The notes under the pieces: model-generated
Told to the model about the DNA's origin: nothing
The model's database searches: none
What the model saw: only the letters and a program-made list of their open reading frames with translations
In this document: in pieces, positions 49,590 through 60,653 of the stretch
Layout of the letters: each line of letters starts with the position of its first letter
Numbering within the stretch: position 1 is the stretch's first letter
Position numbers and translations under genes: made by a program
Assembly (NCBI GenBank): GCA_035535155.1
Contig: DATLQP010000291.1
Location: 10,019-74,018 of the forward strand
DNA length: 64,000 nucleotides
Direction: 5' to 3'
Source: Propionibacteriaceae bacterium
GTDB taxonomy: Bacteria > Actinomycetota > Actinomycetes > Propionibacteriales > Propionibacteriaceae

Positions 49590-52250
49590 CTATAGGACTC
49601 GAGCCAGCGGGTCGCGTTGGTTGGCGGTCGGTGCGACGAAAACCCGCCCGCCCAGAACCGAGATCGAATTGACCGAAGCCACGCATGGCCGCAGCGTCAC
49701 CGAGGCTAACTGGGGAATGGCATCGGACAGCTGCGCCATCCGATGCAGCAGATCCTCGATCGCTGCGATGTCGACTCCCGGCACGCCGTGGTGACCGAGC
49801 AGCGTCGGAGCGGCCTTGAGCTCTTTCACCATCTCGGCGGCATCGACCGTTGTCAGTGGCGGGACTCGATAGACGATGTCGCCGAGCAGGTCGCTGGGGA
49901 TCCCATCCAGGCCGAGCGAGACGATCGGCCCGAACGCAGCATCCTCGCGGCTGGCGATGATCAGCGCCACACCTGGCGGCGCCATGGCCTGGACGACTGG
50001 CTTGGCCGGCGAGAGATCCTCATCGTCGGGGAGCCCGATCTCGGCCACCCACTGACGCAGGTCCTTCCACGCTTCAGCCATCTCAGCGGGGTTGTCGATG
50101 TTGCGGTGCACGTTTGCAAGATCAGGCCGACCGCGTACGGCGGCCGTCGTGGCTTTCAGTACGACGTTCCAGCCAAGCCGCTCGGCAGCATCAATCGCGT
50201 CGGTCAAGCCGGCGACCGCGAACTGTGGCACCAGGTTGATTCCATAGCTGCCCAGCAGCTCGGCCGTCTCGGTGGCATCCAGCTCGCGGCCCTCAGGCTG
50301 CTGAGCCAGGATGCGATTCACGACCCGCCGGGCCGCCTGAGTGTCCACCTGCAGCATGGGGGTCGCTCCAGGGTCTCGAGCGCACCACTGCGCATGCGCG
50401 GTGAGTGCCGCGAGCGCCTGAATGGCGTCGACCGAGCCGTCAAACCTCGGCAACGATCCAGGGCCGTCCGGGTCGTCGCTGCTCCCGAGCGGCGGATGGA
50501 AGTCCAGGAAGACTCCGACCAACGGCTTCGCCGCCTCGGCAGCGACCTGCTCAAGGGCCAGAATGACCTCTTCGGTGCCGTCATCGAACGCATTGACCGC
50601 GGCACAGACCACGGAGTCATAGCGGTGGTCGGCCAGCGCCACCCGCGCGGATCGGGCAAAGGCGTCTGCGCTCGCAGCCGCCCCGAGCAGCTCAGGCTCC
50701 GGGTCGCGGATCAGGCCGACCGAATCCATCTTCTGCACCATCTGGTGGGCAAGCGGAAGGGAATTGGTGATGATCCGGACCCGCGGGCCTGACGGCGATG
50801 GCTGACGCGTGGCGATCTTGGCGATGTCGATCATCTCGCCGCGGTTGTGCACCACCATGATGCCCGCCTGTCGGAAGAGGGCATCGACTGCCTCATCCGG
50901 AGCGTGCCCAAGCCCGCCTCGTACCCCAACATGATCTTGACGGCGGGTGCGCCCGGGGGCGAAGACGACGACCGGCTTCTTCCGAGCCAGCCGCCGGGCG
51001 ATCCGTGAGAACTTCCTGGGATTACCGATGGAATCGAGGGTCAGCAGGCAAACCCGGGTTGGTTCGTCCACCTCCCAGTACTGCATGACGTCGTTTGCGG
51101 TGACGTCGGCGTAGTCTCCTGTGCTCACGAAGGTAGACAATCCCAGGTCGTGACGTACGGCGTGGTTGAGCAGAGCGACACCAACAGCTGCTGACTGGCA
51201 GAACAACCCCACTCCCCCGACGCGCGGCATCGGTCCCGGTGTGGCGTTCAGTTGCACGGTGGGAAGAGTGTTGATCACTCCGAGAGCATCAGGACCGAGG
51301 GCTCGGATACCGTACGCCCGCGCCAAGTTGATGATCTGGAGGCTGTCCCCAGCGGCGTAGTCCGTCCCCGTCAGCACAACAATGCCGTGTACGCCCTTGT
51401 GCGCCGCATCGATCACAACCCCGCCAAGCTGACTGGTCGGCACCGAGACGATCGCCAGGTCCAGCCGGCCCGGCAGCGCGGCGATCGACGCAGCATTGCT
51501 GGTGTTTTTCACGTCGTGGCCATCGACGGCGACCGCCGCCACCTCGCCGCGAAAGCCACCGCGCAGCATGGAATTGATCAAACCCTGCACACGATCACTG
51601 TCGCCGTACACCACAATCCGCTCCGGGGTCAGCAGCCGCCGTACGGAGGCACTCTCGGCCCGGTGCTCACGACGCTCCATGACACCGACCGAGGTGTCAG
51701 TGGGCGAAATCGGGAATTCCACGGCGAGCACACCATCCTCGATGCCCTTGGAGACGCGATAGCCGGCGTCCGCGAACACCTTGGCCATCCGCCGGTTCTC
51801 TGGCAACACCTCCGCAACGAAGCGAGCGATCCCGCGCTCCCGAGCGGCCTGGGCCAGATGCTCCAACAGCAGCTGGGCGATCCCCCGGCCCTGATGAGCG
51901 TCCTCGATGAGAAACGCCACTTCAGCATGATCATCTTCGATCCGGTCGTAACGCCCGACCGCGATCATCTCATCGCCGAGGGTGAGGATGAATGCCACTC
52001 GATCCACATAATCGACCTCCGTGAATCGCTTGATATCACGATCACTCAGCCGCGGATACGCAGCAAAGAAGCGGAGATACTTCGACTCCGGTGAGACGCG
52101 ATCGTAGAACGCAACGAGTCGCTCCGCGTCGGACGGCCGGATCGGCCGCAGGTGCGCGACGCCGCCGTCTGAGAGCAGCACGTCGGCCTCCCACTCTCGT
52201 GGGTATCCGGGAGGCTCACCTTGATCCGACACTGCCTGGCTTACGGACAC
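49590..52250 (-). CDS. GNAT plus acyl-CoA-ligase-like multidomain protein (Pat/Pka-type lysine acetyltransferase)
   Basis: N-terminal GNAT ([27 protein letters not shown]), CoA-binding GPDALG / CQSAAVG, C-terminal ATP-grasp (FGPIVSLG); TAGGCT 6 nt before GTG 52250. Confidence 0.88.
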   Translation of the reverse strand: MSVSQAVSDQGEPPGYPREWEADVLLSDGGVAHLRPIRPSDAERLVAFYDRVSPESKYLRFFAAYPRLSDRDIKRFTEVDYVDRVAFILTLGDEMIAVGRYDRIEDDHAEVAFLIEDAHQGRGIAQLLLEHLAQAARERGIARFVAEVLPENRRMAKVFADAGYRVSKGIEDGVLAVEFPISPTDTSVGVMERREHRAESASVRRLLTPERIVVYGDSDRVQGLINSMLRGGFRGEVAAVAVDGHDVKNTSNAASIAALPGRLDLAIVSVPTSQLGGVVIDAAHKGVHGIVVLTGTDYAAGDSLQIINLARAYGIRALGPDALGVINTLPTVQLNATPGPMPRVGGVGLFCQSAAVGVALLNHAVRHDLGLSTFVSTGDYADVTANDVMQYWEVDEPTRVCLLTLDSIGNPRKFSRIARRLARKKPVVVFAPGRTRRQDHVGVRGGLGHAPDEAVDALFRQAGIMVVHNRGEMIDIAKIATRQPSPSGPRVRIITNSLPLAHQMVQKMDSVGLIRDPEPELLGAAASADAFARSARVALADHRYDSVVCAAVNAFDDGTEEVILALEQVAAEAAKPLVGVFLDFHPPLGSSDDPDGPGSLPRFDGSVDAIQALAALTAHAQWCARDPGATPMLQVDTQAARRVVNRILAQQPEGRELDATETAELLGSYGINLVPQFAVAGLTDAIDAAERLGWNVVLKATTAAVRGRPDLANVHRNIDNPAEMAEAWKDLRQWVAEIGLPDDEDLSPAKPVVQAMAPPGVALIIASREDAAFGPIVSLGLDGIPSDLLGDIVYRVPPLTTVDAAEMVKELKAAPTLLGHHGVPGVDIAAIEDLLHRMAQLSDAIPQLASVTLRPCVASVNSISVLGGRVFVAPTANQRDPLARVL

Positions 52251-52276
52251 GGCCAAAGCCTAATATCGTCAGCTCC

Positions 52277-53791
52277 ATGGCCGACTTCGTCGCTGCAATC
52301 GACCAAGGTACGACAAGCACCCGCTGCATGATCTTCGATCACTCGGGACGCGAGGTCGGCAGGTACCAGCTCGAGCACGCCCAGATCCTGCCCAGGGCCG
52401 GATGGGTGGAGCATGATCCGGTCGAGATCTGGCAACGCGCTCAGGAGGTCGTGAAGCAAGCGCTGCGAACTCGCGGTTTGGTGGCTGCTGATCTTGCAGG
52501 TCTCGGCATCACCAATCAACGTGAAACGACGGTGGTATGGGATCCGATCACCGGCGAGCCCTACTGCAACGCGATTGTCTGGCAAGACACCCGAACCGAC
52601 AAGATCGCCGCCGCTCTTGACCGCGATGGTCGAGGTGATGTGATCAGGCACCGGGCCGGCTTGCCGCCCGCCACCTACTTCTCCGCCGGCAAGCTGCAGT
52701 GGATCTTAGAAAACGTCGACGGTGTACGCGCTGCTGCCGGACGTGGCCGCGCGCTCTTCGGCACCACCGACAGCTGGCTGTTGTGGAACTTGACCGGGGG
52801 GGTCGACGGTGGTCAGCACATCACCGACGTCACCAACGCCAGCCGCACTATGTTGATGGATCTGGAAACCCTGGACTGGGATCCGGAGTTGTTGAGCTTC
52901 TTCGGAATTCCGCAGTCGATGTTGCCCACCATCGTGCCGTCCTCTCACGCCACGGCCTACCAGCGCACTCGCCCCGACGGACCGTTCGGTGGTGAGGTCA
53001 CGATCAGTGGGGATCTCGGAGATCAGCAGGCCGCCATGGTTGGACAGGTTTGCCTGTCGGAAGGCGAGGCCAAGAACACCTACGGCACGGGAAACTTCTT
53101 GCTACTCAACACCGGCGAGAACCTCTGCCGGTCGTCAAACGGGCTACTCAGCACGGTGTGCTACCAGTTCGGCGATGCCGCACCCGTCTATGCCCTCGAG
53201 GGCTCAATCGCCGTCACCGGCTCCGCCGTGCAATGGCTTCGCGATCAACTCCAGATCATTCGTAACGCCGCGGAGATCGAAACCTTGGCACGTCAGGTGG
53301 ACAGTTCATCACAGGTGTACTTCGTCCCTGCCTTCTCCGGGCTCTTCGCCCCCTATTGGCGCTCTGATGCCCGCGGTGTCATCGTCGGGCTCTCCCGCTT
53401 CCACACCCGTGAGCACATCGCCAGGGCAACGCTGGAGGCAATTTGTTATCAGAGCCGCGATGTCGTGGAGGCCATGCAGAAGGATGCGGGCGTCCGATTA
53501 GAGGAGCTCAAGGTCGACGGCGGCGTCACCTCGAACGCGCTCTGCATGCAGATCCAGGCCGACACGCTCGGCGTCGAGGTGAGCAAGCCGGTGGTGGCGG
53601 AAACAACGGCGCTTGGCGCCGCGTACGCCGCTGGTCTCGCCACCGGCTTCTGGGCCTCCCCGGACGAGCTTCGAGACAACTGGCTCGAAGAGCGGCGCTG
53701 GACCCCACAGATCGGCGAGGAGGAGCGAGCCGCCGGTTACCGCGGATGGCAGAAGGCGATAGAACGAACGCTGGACTGGGTCGAGGTCTAG
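52277..53791 (+). CDS. glpK: Glycerol kinase
   Basis: [63 protein letters not shown]. Confidence 0.97.
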   Translation: MADFVAAIDQGTTSTRCMIFDHSGREVGRYQLEHAQILPRAGWVEHDPVEIWQRAQEVVKQALRTRGLVAADLAGLGITNQRETTVVWDPITGEPYCNAIVWQDTRTDKIAAALDRDGRGDVIRHRAGLPPATYFSAGKLQWILENVDGVRAAAGRGRALFGTTDSWLLWNLTGGVDGGQHITDVTNASRTMLMDLETLDWDPELLSFFGIPQSMLPTIVPSSHATAYQRTRPDGPFGGEVTISGDLGDQQAAMVGQVCLSEGEAKNTYGTGNFLLLNTGENLCRSSNGLLSTVCYQFGDAAPVYALEGSIAVTGSAVQWLRDQLQIIRNAAEIETLARQVDSSSQVYFVPAFSGLFAPYWRSDARGVIVGLSRFHTREHIARATLEAICYQSRDVVEAMQKDAGVRLEELKVDGGVTSNALCMQIQADTLGVEVSKPVVAETTALGAAYAAGLATGFWASPDELRDNWLEERRWTPQIGEEERAAGYRGWQKAIERTLDWVEV

Positions 53792-53856
53792 CGGCTAGCG
53801 CGACGACAACTGCTGCAGTGCCAACTAGCGCAGGGACGACAAGAGGAGTGGTGGAG

Positions 53857-54867
53857 ATGGCAACAGTGGCTCAGCCCCCGATCCGGGAACGCGTAGGGCC
53901 GGATCCTGACCGAAATCTCGCGCTGGAGCTGGTCCGGGCCACCGAAGCGGCCGCGATCAGCTGCTCGCGGTACATGGGCTTTGGTGACAAGAACCAGGTG
54001 GATGGCGCCGCCGTGGACGCGATGCGCCCGGTGCTCGGCACAGTTCGGATGAACGGCATCGTGGTGATCGGCGAAGGCGAGAAAGACGAAGCGCCGATGC
54101 TCTATAACGGGGAGCGGGTCGGCGATGGTTCAGGTCCGGAATGGGATATCGCGGTCGACCCGGTCGACGGCACCACCCTGACTGCCAAGAGCCTGCCCGA
54201 CGCCGTCAGCATCATCGGCGTATCTCCCCGCGGCACGATGTTCTCCCCCGGCCCTGCGGTGTACATGCAGAAGCTGGTCGTGCCCGGTCACGCCGCCCAT
54301 GATGTTGATCTTGATGCGCCGGTCGCCGACAATCTCCTCAGGATCGCCGCGGCAACCGACCGAGCGGTATCTGACCTCACGGTCTGCGTACTCGATCGAG
54401 CGCGGCACGCAGAGCTCGTCACAGCCATCCGCGCCGCGGGTGCCAGGATCCGATTCCTGCTCGACGGTGATGTCGCTGGTGCGATCATGGCCGTGACCCC
54501 GTCGACCGGAGTCGATCTTCTGGTCGGCGTCGGCGGAACCCCCGAGGGCGTGCTGGCTGCGTGCGCGCTCCGCTGCCTCGGCGGCGAGATGTTCGGCCGG
54601 CTCATCGCGCGCAGCGACAGCGAACGGGCGGCGATCCTGGATGCAGGCTTCGACCTTGATCGCACCCTGACCACGACGGATCTGGTCTCCGGCGACAATG
54701 TCTTCTTCGCCGCAACAGGCGTTACCGACGGTTCCTTGCTGCGTGGCGTCCGATTCGAAAGTCACCGCATCGTGACCCAGTCGCTGTCGATGCGATCTCG
54801 GTCGGGCACAATCCGACTCATTGAGGGCCGGCACGACCCGGAACGATCATTCCTGGTCAACCCCTGA
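53857..54867 (+). CDS. glpX: Class II fructose-1,6-bisphosphatase
   Basis: DRNLALELVRATEAAA, VIGEGEKDEAPML, DPVDGT, YMQK, DGDV, GGTPEG, ATGVTDG. Confidence 0.95.
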   Translation: MATVAQPPIRERVGPDPDRNLALELVRATEAAAISCSRYMGFGDKNQVDGAAVDAMRPVLGTVRMNGIVVIGEGEKDEAPMLYNGERVGDGSGPEWDIAVDPVDGTTLTAKSLPDAVSIIGVSPRGTMFSPGPAVYMQKLVVPGHAAHDVDLDAPVADNLLRIAAATDRAVSDLTVCVLDRARHAELVTAIRAAGARIRFLLDGDVAGAIMAVTPSTGVDLLVGVGGTPEGVLAACALRCLGGEMFGRLIARSDSERAAILDAGFDLDRTLTTTDLVSGDNVFFAATGVTDGSLLRGVRFESHRIVTQSLSMRSRSGTIRLIEGRHDPERSFLVNP

Positions 54868-54875
54868 CGGCACGG

Positions 54876-56588
54876 ATGTTTTCCACCACCTCGCCGCTCG
54901 GCCCTGCGGCTCGCGCGGACACCCTCGACCGACTGGCCAACGACGACCTCGACATTCTCGTCATCGGCGCCGGTGTGACAGGTTGCGGCTGCGCACTCGA
55001 TGCCGTGACTCGAGGTCTGCGGGTGGGACTGGTTGAGGCCCGCGACTTCGCGGCCGGCACCTCGAGCCGGTCGAGCAAGTTGTTCCACGGCGGGCTTCGC
55101 TATCTCGAACAACTCAACTTCGCCTTGGTCTTCGAGGCCCTCAAAGAGCGGTCGCTGGCTCTCAACAAGCTCGCTCCCCACCTGGCCAAGCCTGTACCGT
55201 TTCTCTACCCGCTGATGCGGCCCGTGATCGACCGCGGCTATGGCGGCCTCGGCATCGGCGTCTACGACCTGATGGGTGCCGGGCGCGGAGTGCCGCAACA
55301 TCTACGCCACCTGAGCCGGAAGCGCACGCTGGAGTCCTTTCCGTCCGCGAATCGCGAGACGGTGATCGGCTCCATCAGGTTCTTCGAGGGCTTGGTCGAT
55401 GACGCTCGGCACACCATGATGATCGGCCGCACCGCCGCTCACTATGGCGCCGCGGTAGCAACCAGCGCCCGAGTCATTGGCTTCCTGCGCGAAGCCGACC
55501 ACGTCGCCGGTGTCACGGTTCGTGATCTTGAATCCGGCGACACCTTCACCATCCGAGCAAAGCAGACGATCAACGCAGCCGGAGTATGGATCGACGAGCT
55601 CCAACAGATGCTCGGCGGTCGAGGACAGTTTCAGGTACGCGCTTCGAAGGGCGTACACCTGGTCGTGCCGCGCAACCGCATCAACTCCAGAACTGGGCTG
55701 ATCACCCGAACCGAAAAGAGCCTGCTGTTCATCATCCCGTGGGGAAGTCATTGGATCGTCGGCACGACCGACACCGACTGGCAGCTGGACCGGGCCCATC
55801 CGGCCGCCAGCCAGGCTGACATCGACTATCTACTCGGACATGCCAACGCCTTGCTGGCCGATCCGCTGACGCGAGACGACGTGATCGGCGTCTACGCCGG
55901 TCTGCGCCCCCTGCTGTCGGGCGAATCGGACTCGACGTCAAAGCTTTCCCGAGAGCATGCCGTCGCCTCGCCGGTCCGTGGCCTGGTGATGATTGCTGGC
56001 GGCAAGTACACGACCTACCGGGTGATGGCCAAGGATGCCGTTGATGCGGCGGTCCGGGACTTGGATCAAAAGGTGCCCGCATCCTGCACAGAGGATGTGC
56101 CGTTGTTGGGAGCCGACGGCTACCACGCCCTGTGGAATGCCCGGCCTCTACTGGTCGACCAGACCGGCCTGCGTGATCTTCAGGTTGAGCACCTGCTGGA
56201 CCGCTACGGGTCTTTGTTTCCGGAACTGCTGGAGATGATCAAGTCCCGCCCCGAGCTCGCGCATCCCCTCGACGGCGCGGCCGAATATCTCAAGGTCGAG
56301 GCGATCTATGCCGCCTCGCACGAGGGTGCTCTACACCTCGATGACATCCTGGCGCGGCGTACCCGCATCTCCATTGAGACCTGGGACCGTGGCCTGGCAG
56401 CAGCACCCGAGGTCGCCGCCCTCGTCGCTCCGATTCTCGGCTGGGGACCGGCGGACGTCGATCGCGAGGTCGAGCACTACCAGAAGCGGATTGCCGCTGA
56501 ACGCGAGTCGCAGCATCAGCCGGACGACCTCTCCGCTGACGCTGCCCGTCTCGGTGCTCCGGACGTCCGAATGGGTCGGGTTCGCTAG
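54876..56588 (+). CDS. glpD: FAD-dependent glycerol-3-phosphate dehydrogenase
   Basis: IGAGVTG, GTSSRSSKLFHGGLRYLE, SKGVH, GTTDT, GLRPL, SREH, GGKYTTYR. Confidence 0.95.
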   Translation: MFSTTSPLGPAARADTLDRLANDDLDILVIGAGVTGCGCALDAVTRGLRVGLVEARDFAAGTSSRSSKLFHGGLRYLEQLNFALVFEALKERSLALNKLAPHLAKPVPFLYPLMRPVIDRGYGGLGIGVYDLMGAGRGVPQHLRHLSRKRTLESFPSANRETVIGSIRFFEGLVDDARHTMMIGRTAAHYGAAVATSARVIGFLREADHVAGVTVRDLESGDTFTIRAKQTINAAGVWIDELQQMLGGRGQFQVRASKGVHLVVPRNRINSRTGLITRTEKSLLFIIPWGSHWIVGTTDTDWQLDRAHPAASQADIDYLLGHANALLADPLTRDDVIGVYAGLRPLLSGESDSTSKLSREHAVASPVRGLVMIAGGKYTTYRVMAKDAVDAAVRDLDQKVPASCTEDVPLLGADGYHALWNARPLLVDQTGLRDLQVEHLLDRYGSLFPELLEMIKSRPELAHPLDGAAEYLKVEAIYAASHEGALHLDDILARRTRISIETWDRGLAAAPEVAALVAPILGWGPADVDREVEHYQKRIAAERESQHQPDDLSADAARLGAPDVRMGRVR

Positions 56589-56738
56589 TACCTGAACTGC
56601 CATTCGGTCAGCACAATCCCACCAAGCGAGGTGCTCGCCGCCGGCCCCAGAAGCGGTTTGCCGACACTTCTCCTAGACGTGCACACGCATTGCGCGCTCG
56701 GCGTAAGGTCACGGCATGCTCTACAGGATGACCGCGGC

Positions 56739-57596
56739 ATGAACGACAAATCGGCCACTGCTCGCGATGTCATCGGTGGCTATCTCGTCGAGCAGTGCAG
56801 CGTGATCATCGACTCCGAGGCCCAGCTGCGGGCGGGCGAAGAGGTCGTCCACACCACGCGGGTGGCAGTACGCCGGCTGCGCAGCACCCTCCGGGTGTTT
56901 GCCGAGCTCTTCGATCCGGGCGAGGCCGGTCGGCTTGAAGAGGAGCTGGTGTGGTGGGCAAACCTGCTCGGTGAGGTGCGCGATCTGGACATCCTGACGC
57001 AGCGGCAAGCCGCCCTGCTCGCCGAGGTGCCGCCCGAGCTGATCCTCGGCCCGGTTGCATCGACCATCCAGACTGAGCTTGCCGCCCGGCGCAAGGCGGC
57101 GGTGGATGCCATGACCGACACGCTGAATTCCGCGCGTTACCGCAAGTTGGTCGCGCTGATCCATCACTGGCGAGCCGATCCCCCGTTCACGTACGTCGCC
57201 GATTCACCCTCAGACGCCCTCGACCCGGCTATCAAGAAGGCGAAGAAGAAAGCGCGCAACCGGCTCGCGACCGCAGTCGAGGTGCGACAGGCTGGAGAGC
57301 CGTCGGATGAGATGTTGCATCGCGCGCGCAAGGCGTCGAAGCGCTACCGCTACGCGGTAGAGGCCGCCGCGCCGATCTGGGGAACCAAGGCTGACAAGAT
57401 CGTTGCGCAGCGCAAGGACCTGCAAGACCTGCTCGGGAATTATCAGGACAGCATCGTGAGTGCTGCCTTCTTGCGCGAGCTTGGCGCCCGGCTCGGAAGC
57501 CGGTCAGGCCAGAACGGATTTAGCTACGGCATGCTCTATGTCCGCGAGATTGCTACCGGCGACTCGTTGCTGGAGGACCTCAAGCCTTTCCTCTAA
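56739..57596 (+). CDS. Stand-alone CHAD-domain (polyphosphate-binding) protein
   Basis: [48 protein letters not shown] repeated CHAD helices. Confidence 0.88.
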   Translation: MNDKSATARDVIGGYLVEQCSVIIDSEAQLRAGEEVVHTTRVAVRRLRSTLRVFAELFDPGEAGRLEEELVWWANLLGEVRDLDILTQRQAALLAEVPPELILGPVASTIQTELAARRKAAVDAMTDTLNSARYRKLVALIHHWRADPPFTYVADSPSDALDPAIKKAKKKARNRLATAVEVRQAGEPSDEMLHRARKASKRYRYAVEAAAPIWGTKADKIVAQRKDLQDLLGNYQDSIVSAAFLRELGARLGSRSGQNGFSYGMLYVREIATGDSLLEDLKPFL

Positions 57597-57634
57597 GAAC
57601 ATCGCCGCGGCAACGGAGGAGGATCCGCGTTTCG

Positions 57635-60085
57635 ATGGCCAGAACACCCGCACCACCTGAGGACGACTTCACCGAACGAATCGTCGACATCGACGTGTCC
57701 TCAGAGATGCAGACCAGCTTCTTGGAGTACGCGTACTCGGTGATCTACTCGCGGGCGCTGCCTGATGCCCGTGATGGGCTCAAGCCCGTGCAGCGTCGCA
57801 TCCTGTACTCGATGGACGAGATGGGCGTAGGCCCGGACCGTTCACACGTTAAGTGCGCCCGCGTGGTCGGTCAGGTCATGGGCCAATACCACCCGCACGG
57901 CGATACAGCGATTTACGACGCCCTGGTGCGGATGGCCCAGCCCTGGAGCATGCGACTGCCCCTTATCGACGGCCATGGCAATTTCGGGTCGCTCGACGAC
58001 GGACCGGCAGCCATGCGTTACACAGAGTGCCGGATGGCATCCGCAGCGGCGGCGATGACCGATGGGCTGGACGAAAACACCGTTGACTTCAAACCGAACT
58101 ATGACGGCAAGGACGTCGAGCCGACGGTACTCCCGGCAGCCTTTCCCAATCTGCTCGTCAACGGAGCGACGGGAATCGCGGTGGGAATGGCCACCAACTG
58201 CCCGCCGCACAATCTAGTGGAGGTTGTCCAGGCGCTCCGGCATTTGATCAAGCATCCAGACGCAAACATCGAGGAGCTGATGCGCTTCGTGCCCGGACCC
58301 GACCTGCCGAGCGGGGGCAAGATCATCGGATTGGACGGGATTCGGGACGCGTACCACACGGGCAAGGGATCGTTCCGGATCCGCGCAACGACACGCATCG
58401 AGCAAGTCCACCCGCGCCGCAAAGGCATCGTGATCACCGAGCTGCCCTATTTGATCGGCCCAGAACGTGTGATCGAACAGATCAAGAACCTTGTCAACGC
58501 CCGCAAGCTGCAGGGCATCGCCGACGTCAAGGATCTATCGGACCGGGCCAATGGAACCCGCCTTGTGGTCGAGATCAAAAGCGGTTTCAATCCCGACGCG
58601 ATCCTGGAACAGCTCTACAAGCTGACCAAGATCGAGGACAACTATGCGATCAACGCCGTCGCTCTGGTCGACGGCCAGCCGCGTACCTTGACGCTGCGTG
58701 ACCTGCTGCGGGTCTACCTCGAGCACCGTTACGAGGTGACGCGGCGTCGCACCGATTTCGCCCGCAACAAAGCTCAGGACCGCCTGCACCTCGTCGAAGG
58801 CCTGTTGATAGCGATTGTCGACATCGACGACGTGATCGCGATCATTCGTACCTCCGATGACACTGCCGAAGCCCGCTCCAGGCTGATGGAGGTGTTCGAG
58901 TTGTCGGAGATCCAAACCAACTACATTCTCGAGATGCCGCTCCGCCGGCTTACCCGGTTCAGCAAGATCGAACTCGAGACCGAGCGGGGCAAGTTGGAAG
59001 CGACCATCGCCGAGCTAACCGAGATCTTGGAGAACCCAGAGCAGCTGCGCACCCTCGTCAGCAATCAACTTGCCGAGATGGCTCAGCAACATGGCACGCC
59101 GCGCCGCACGATCTTGCTCGCAGCCAGTGGTGTTGCGACGATCGCAGCGGCTGCTCCGCTGGAGGTCGCAGACGACCCCTGCTGGGTGCTGCTCTCCTCC
59201 GCGGGCTTACTGGCGCGGACTAATCACGCTCAGCCGCTTCCGCCGGTCGGCGCCCGAGCCAACCACGACGTCATCGTGTCCAAGATCATCTCCACAGCGC
59301 GTGGCAGCTGTGGTCTGATCACCAGCGCCGGCCGATTGATCAAGATCAGCGCCCTTGATCTGCCCACCGTTCCCAGCACGGCGCACGCACCAAATCTTCA
59401 GGGAGGCACCCACGTCACCGAGCTTGCGACCCTCGACGCCGGAGAGAAAGTGCTCTGCCTGACGACGCTGGCCGAGGATTCACTCGGCGTGGCACTTGGC
59501 ACGGCTCAAGGGGTGGTGAAGCGGGTCAATCCCGAAGTCCTCGGCAAGGACTCGTGGGAAGTGATCCGCATCGAGGCCGGTGACCGGGTCGTCGGCGCCG
59601 TCGAGCTCACCACGACCGCAGCCGAGCTGGTCTTCATCACTAACGACGCTCAGCTCCTGCACTTCCCCGCCAACGCCGTGCGGCCGCAGGGCCGCTCAGG
59701 CGGCGGAATGGCCGGCATCAAGCTCGGCATCGGAGCACGTGTGGTCCATTTCGGGGCAGTGTCGGCAACAGACGCGGTGGTCGTAACTGTGTCCGGCATG
59801 TCCCGTGCGCTACCGGGAACAGATGCCGGCTCGGTCAAGGTCACCGGTTTCGAGCACTATCCAGCCAAAGGTCGAGCAACCGGCGGAGTACGCTGCCATC
59901 GGTTCCTCAAAGGCGAGGATGCTCTGCTGCTTGCGTGGGCCGGGCCGGCTCCAGCCATCGCCGCCGCGCCCAGCGGCAGTCCCGTTCCGTTGCCGGCTGC
60001 AGACGCCCGGCGTGACGGGTCAGGTACCCCCAGCAGTCAGCCCATCGCGGCAATCGCATCGGACACTGCTGGCAGAGCGCTATGA
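57635..60085 (+). CDS. parC: DNA topoisomerase IV subunit A (GyrA/ParC family)
   Basis: [31 protein letters not shown] catalytic Tyr, PPHN; paired with the type II B subunit near hrdB as in actinobacterial topo IV. Confidence 0.9.
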   Translation: MARTPAPPEDDFTERIVDIDVSSEMQTSFLEYAYSVIYSRALPDARDGLKPVQRRILYSMDEMGVGPDRSHVKCARVVGQVMGQYHPHGDTAIYDALVRMAQPWSMRLPLIDGHGNFGSLDDGPAAMRYTECRMASAAAAMTDGLDENTVDFKPNYDGKDVEPTVLPAAFPNLLVNGATGIAVGMATNCPPHNLVEVVQALRHLIKHPDANIEELMRFVPGPDLPSGGKIIGLDGIRDAYHTGKGSFRIRATTRIEQVHPRRKGIVITELPYLIGPERVIEQIKNLVNARKLQGIADVKDLSDRANGTRLVVEIKSGFNPDAILEQLYKLTKIEDNYAINAVALVDGQPRTLTLRDLLRVYLEHRYEVTRRRTDFARNKAQDRLHLVEGLLIAIVDIDDVIAIIRTSDDTAEARSRLMEVFELSEIQTNYILEMPLRRLTRFSKIELETERGKLEATIAELTEILENPEQLRTLVSNQLAEMAQQHGTPRRTILLAASGVATIAAAAPLEVADDPCWVLLSSAGLLARTNHAQPLPPVGARANHDVIVSKIISTARGSCGLITSAGRLIKISALDLPTVPSTAHAPNLQGGTHVTELATLDAGEKVLCLTTLAEDSLGVALGTAQGVVKRVNPEVLGKDSWEVIRIEAGDRVVGAVELTTTAAELVFITNDAQLLHFPANAVRPQGRSGGGMAGIKLGIGARVVHFGAVSATDAVVVTVSGMSRALPGTDAGSVKVTGFEHYPAKGRATGGVRCHRFLKGEDALLLAWAGPAPAIAAAPSGSPVPLPAADARRDGSGTPSSQPIAAIASDTAGRAL

Positions 60086-60092
60086 GGTTGGC

Positions 60093-60629
60093 ATGGAGCA
60101 CGCATCACAAGAGTGGCCTGACAACCAGGTGGCCAATGAGGCTTTCGACGATCTGCTTGCCAACAACAAGAAGTTCGCTGAGAGCTTTGATCAGCATGGC
60201 TTCGACGGGGTGGCCCATGCGGGAGTCCTGGTCGTCACCTGCATGGACTCTCGAATTGTGCCGCTGGAGATGCTGGGGCTGACCTTCGGCGATGCCAAGA
60301 TCATCAGGACGCCTGGCGGCCGGGTGACAACCTCCGCGCTGGCGGGCTGCATCGCCGGGGTCCATCTGCTCAATGTCAACCGCATCATGATCATCCCGCA
60401 CAGCCGCTGCGCCATGGCCGCAGCCGACGACGATGTGATCATCGATCGGATCCGCAACGCGAGCGGCGCCGATGCATCCTGGGTGCGATTCGGGGCGTCG
60501 GCGGACCAGCGCCGTACCCTGCATCGCGATACCGAGAAGCTCCGGAATCACCCACTGATCGGTGATCGAGCGGTCGTCGGCGGCTTCTACTACGACGTCG
60601 ACACAGGGCTCTTGGAACGCTGGGACTGA
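60093..60629 (+). CDS. Beta-class carbonic anhydrase
   Basis: TCMDSR (C-x-D-x-R) and HSRC (H-x-x-C) zinc ligands, RTPGG, GGFYYDVDTG. Confidence 0.9.
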   Translation: MEHASQEWPDNQVANEAFDDLLANNKKFAESFDQHGFDGVAHAGVLVVTCMDSRIVPLEMLGLTFGDAKIIRTPGGRVTTSALAGCIAGVHLLNVNRIMIIPHSRCAMAAADDDVIIDRIRNASGADASWVRFGASADQRRTLHRDTEKLRNHPLIGDRAVVGGFYYDVDTGLLERWD

Positions 60630-60653
60630 CAGGCGGCAGGGGCTCGGGTCAAG

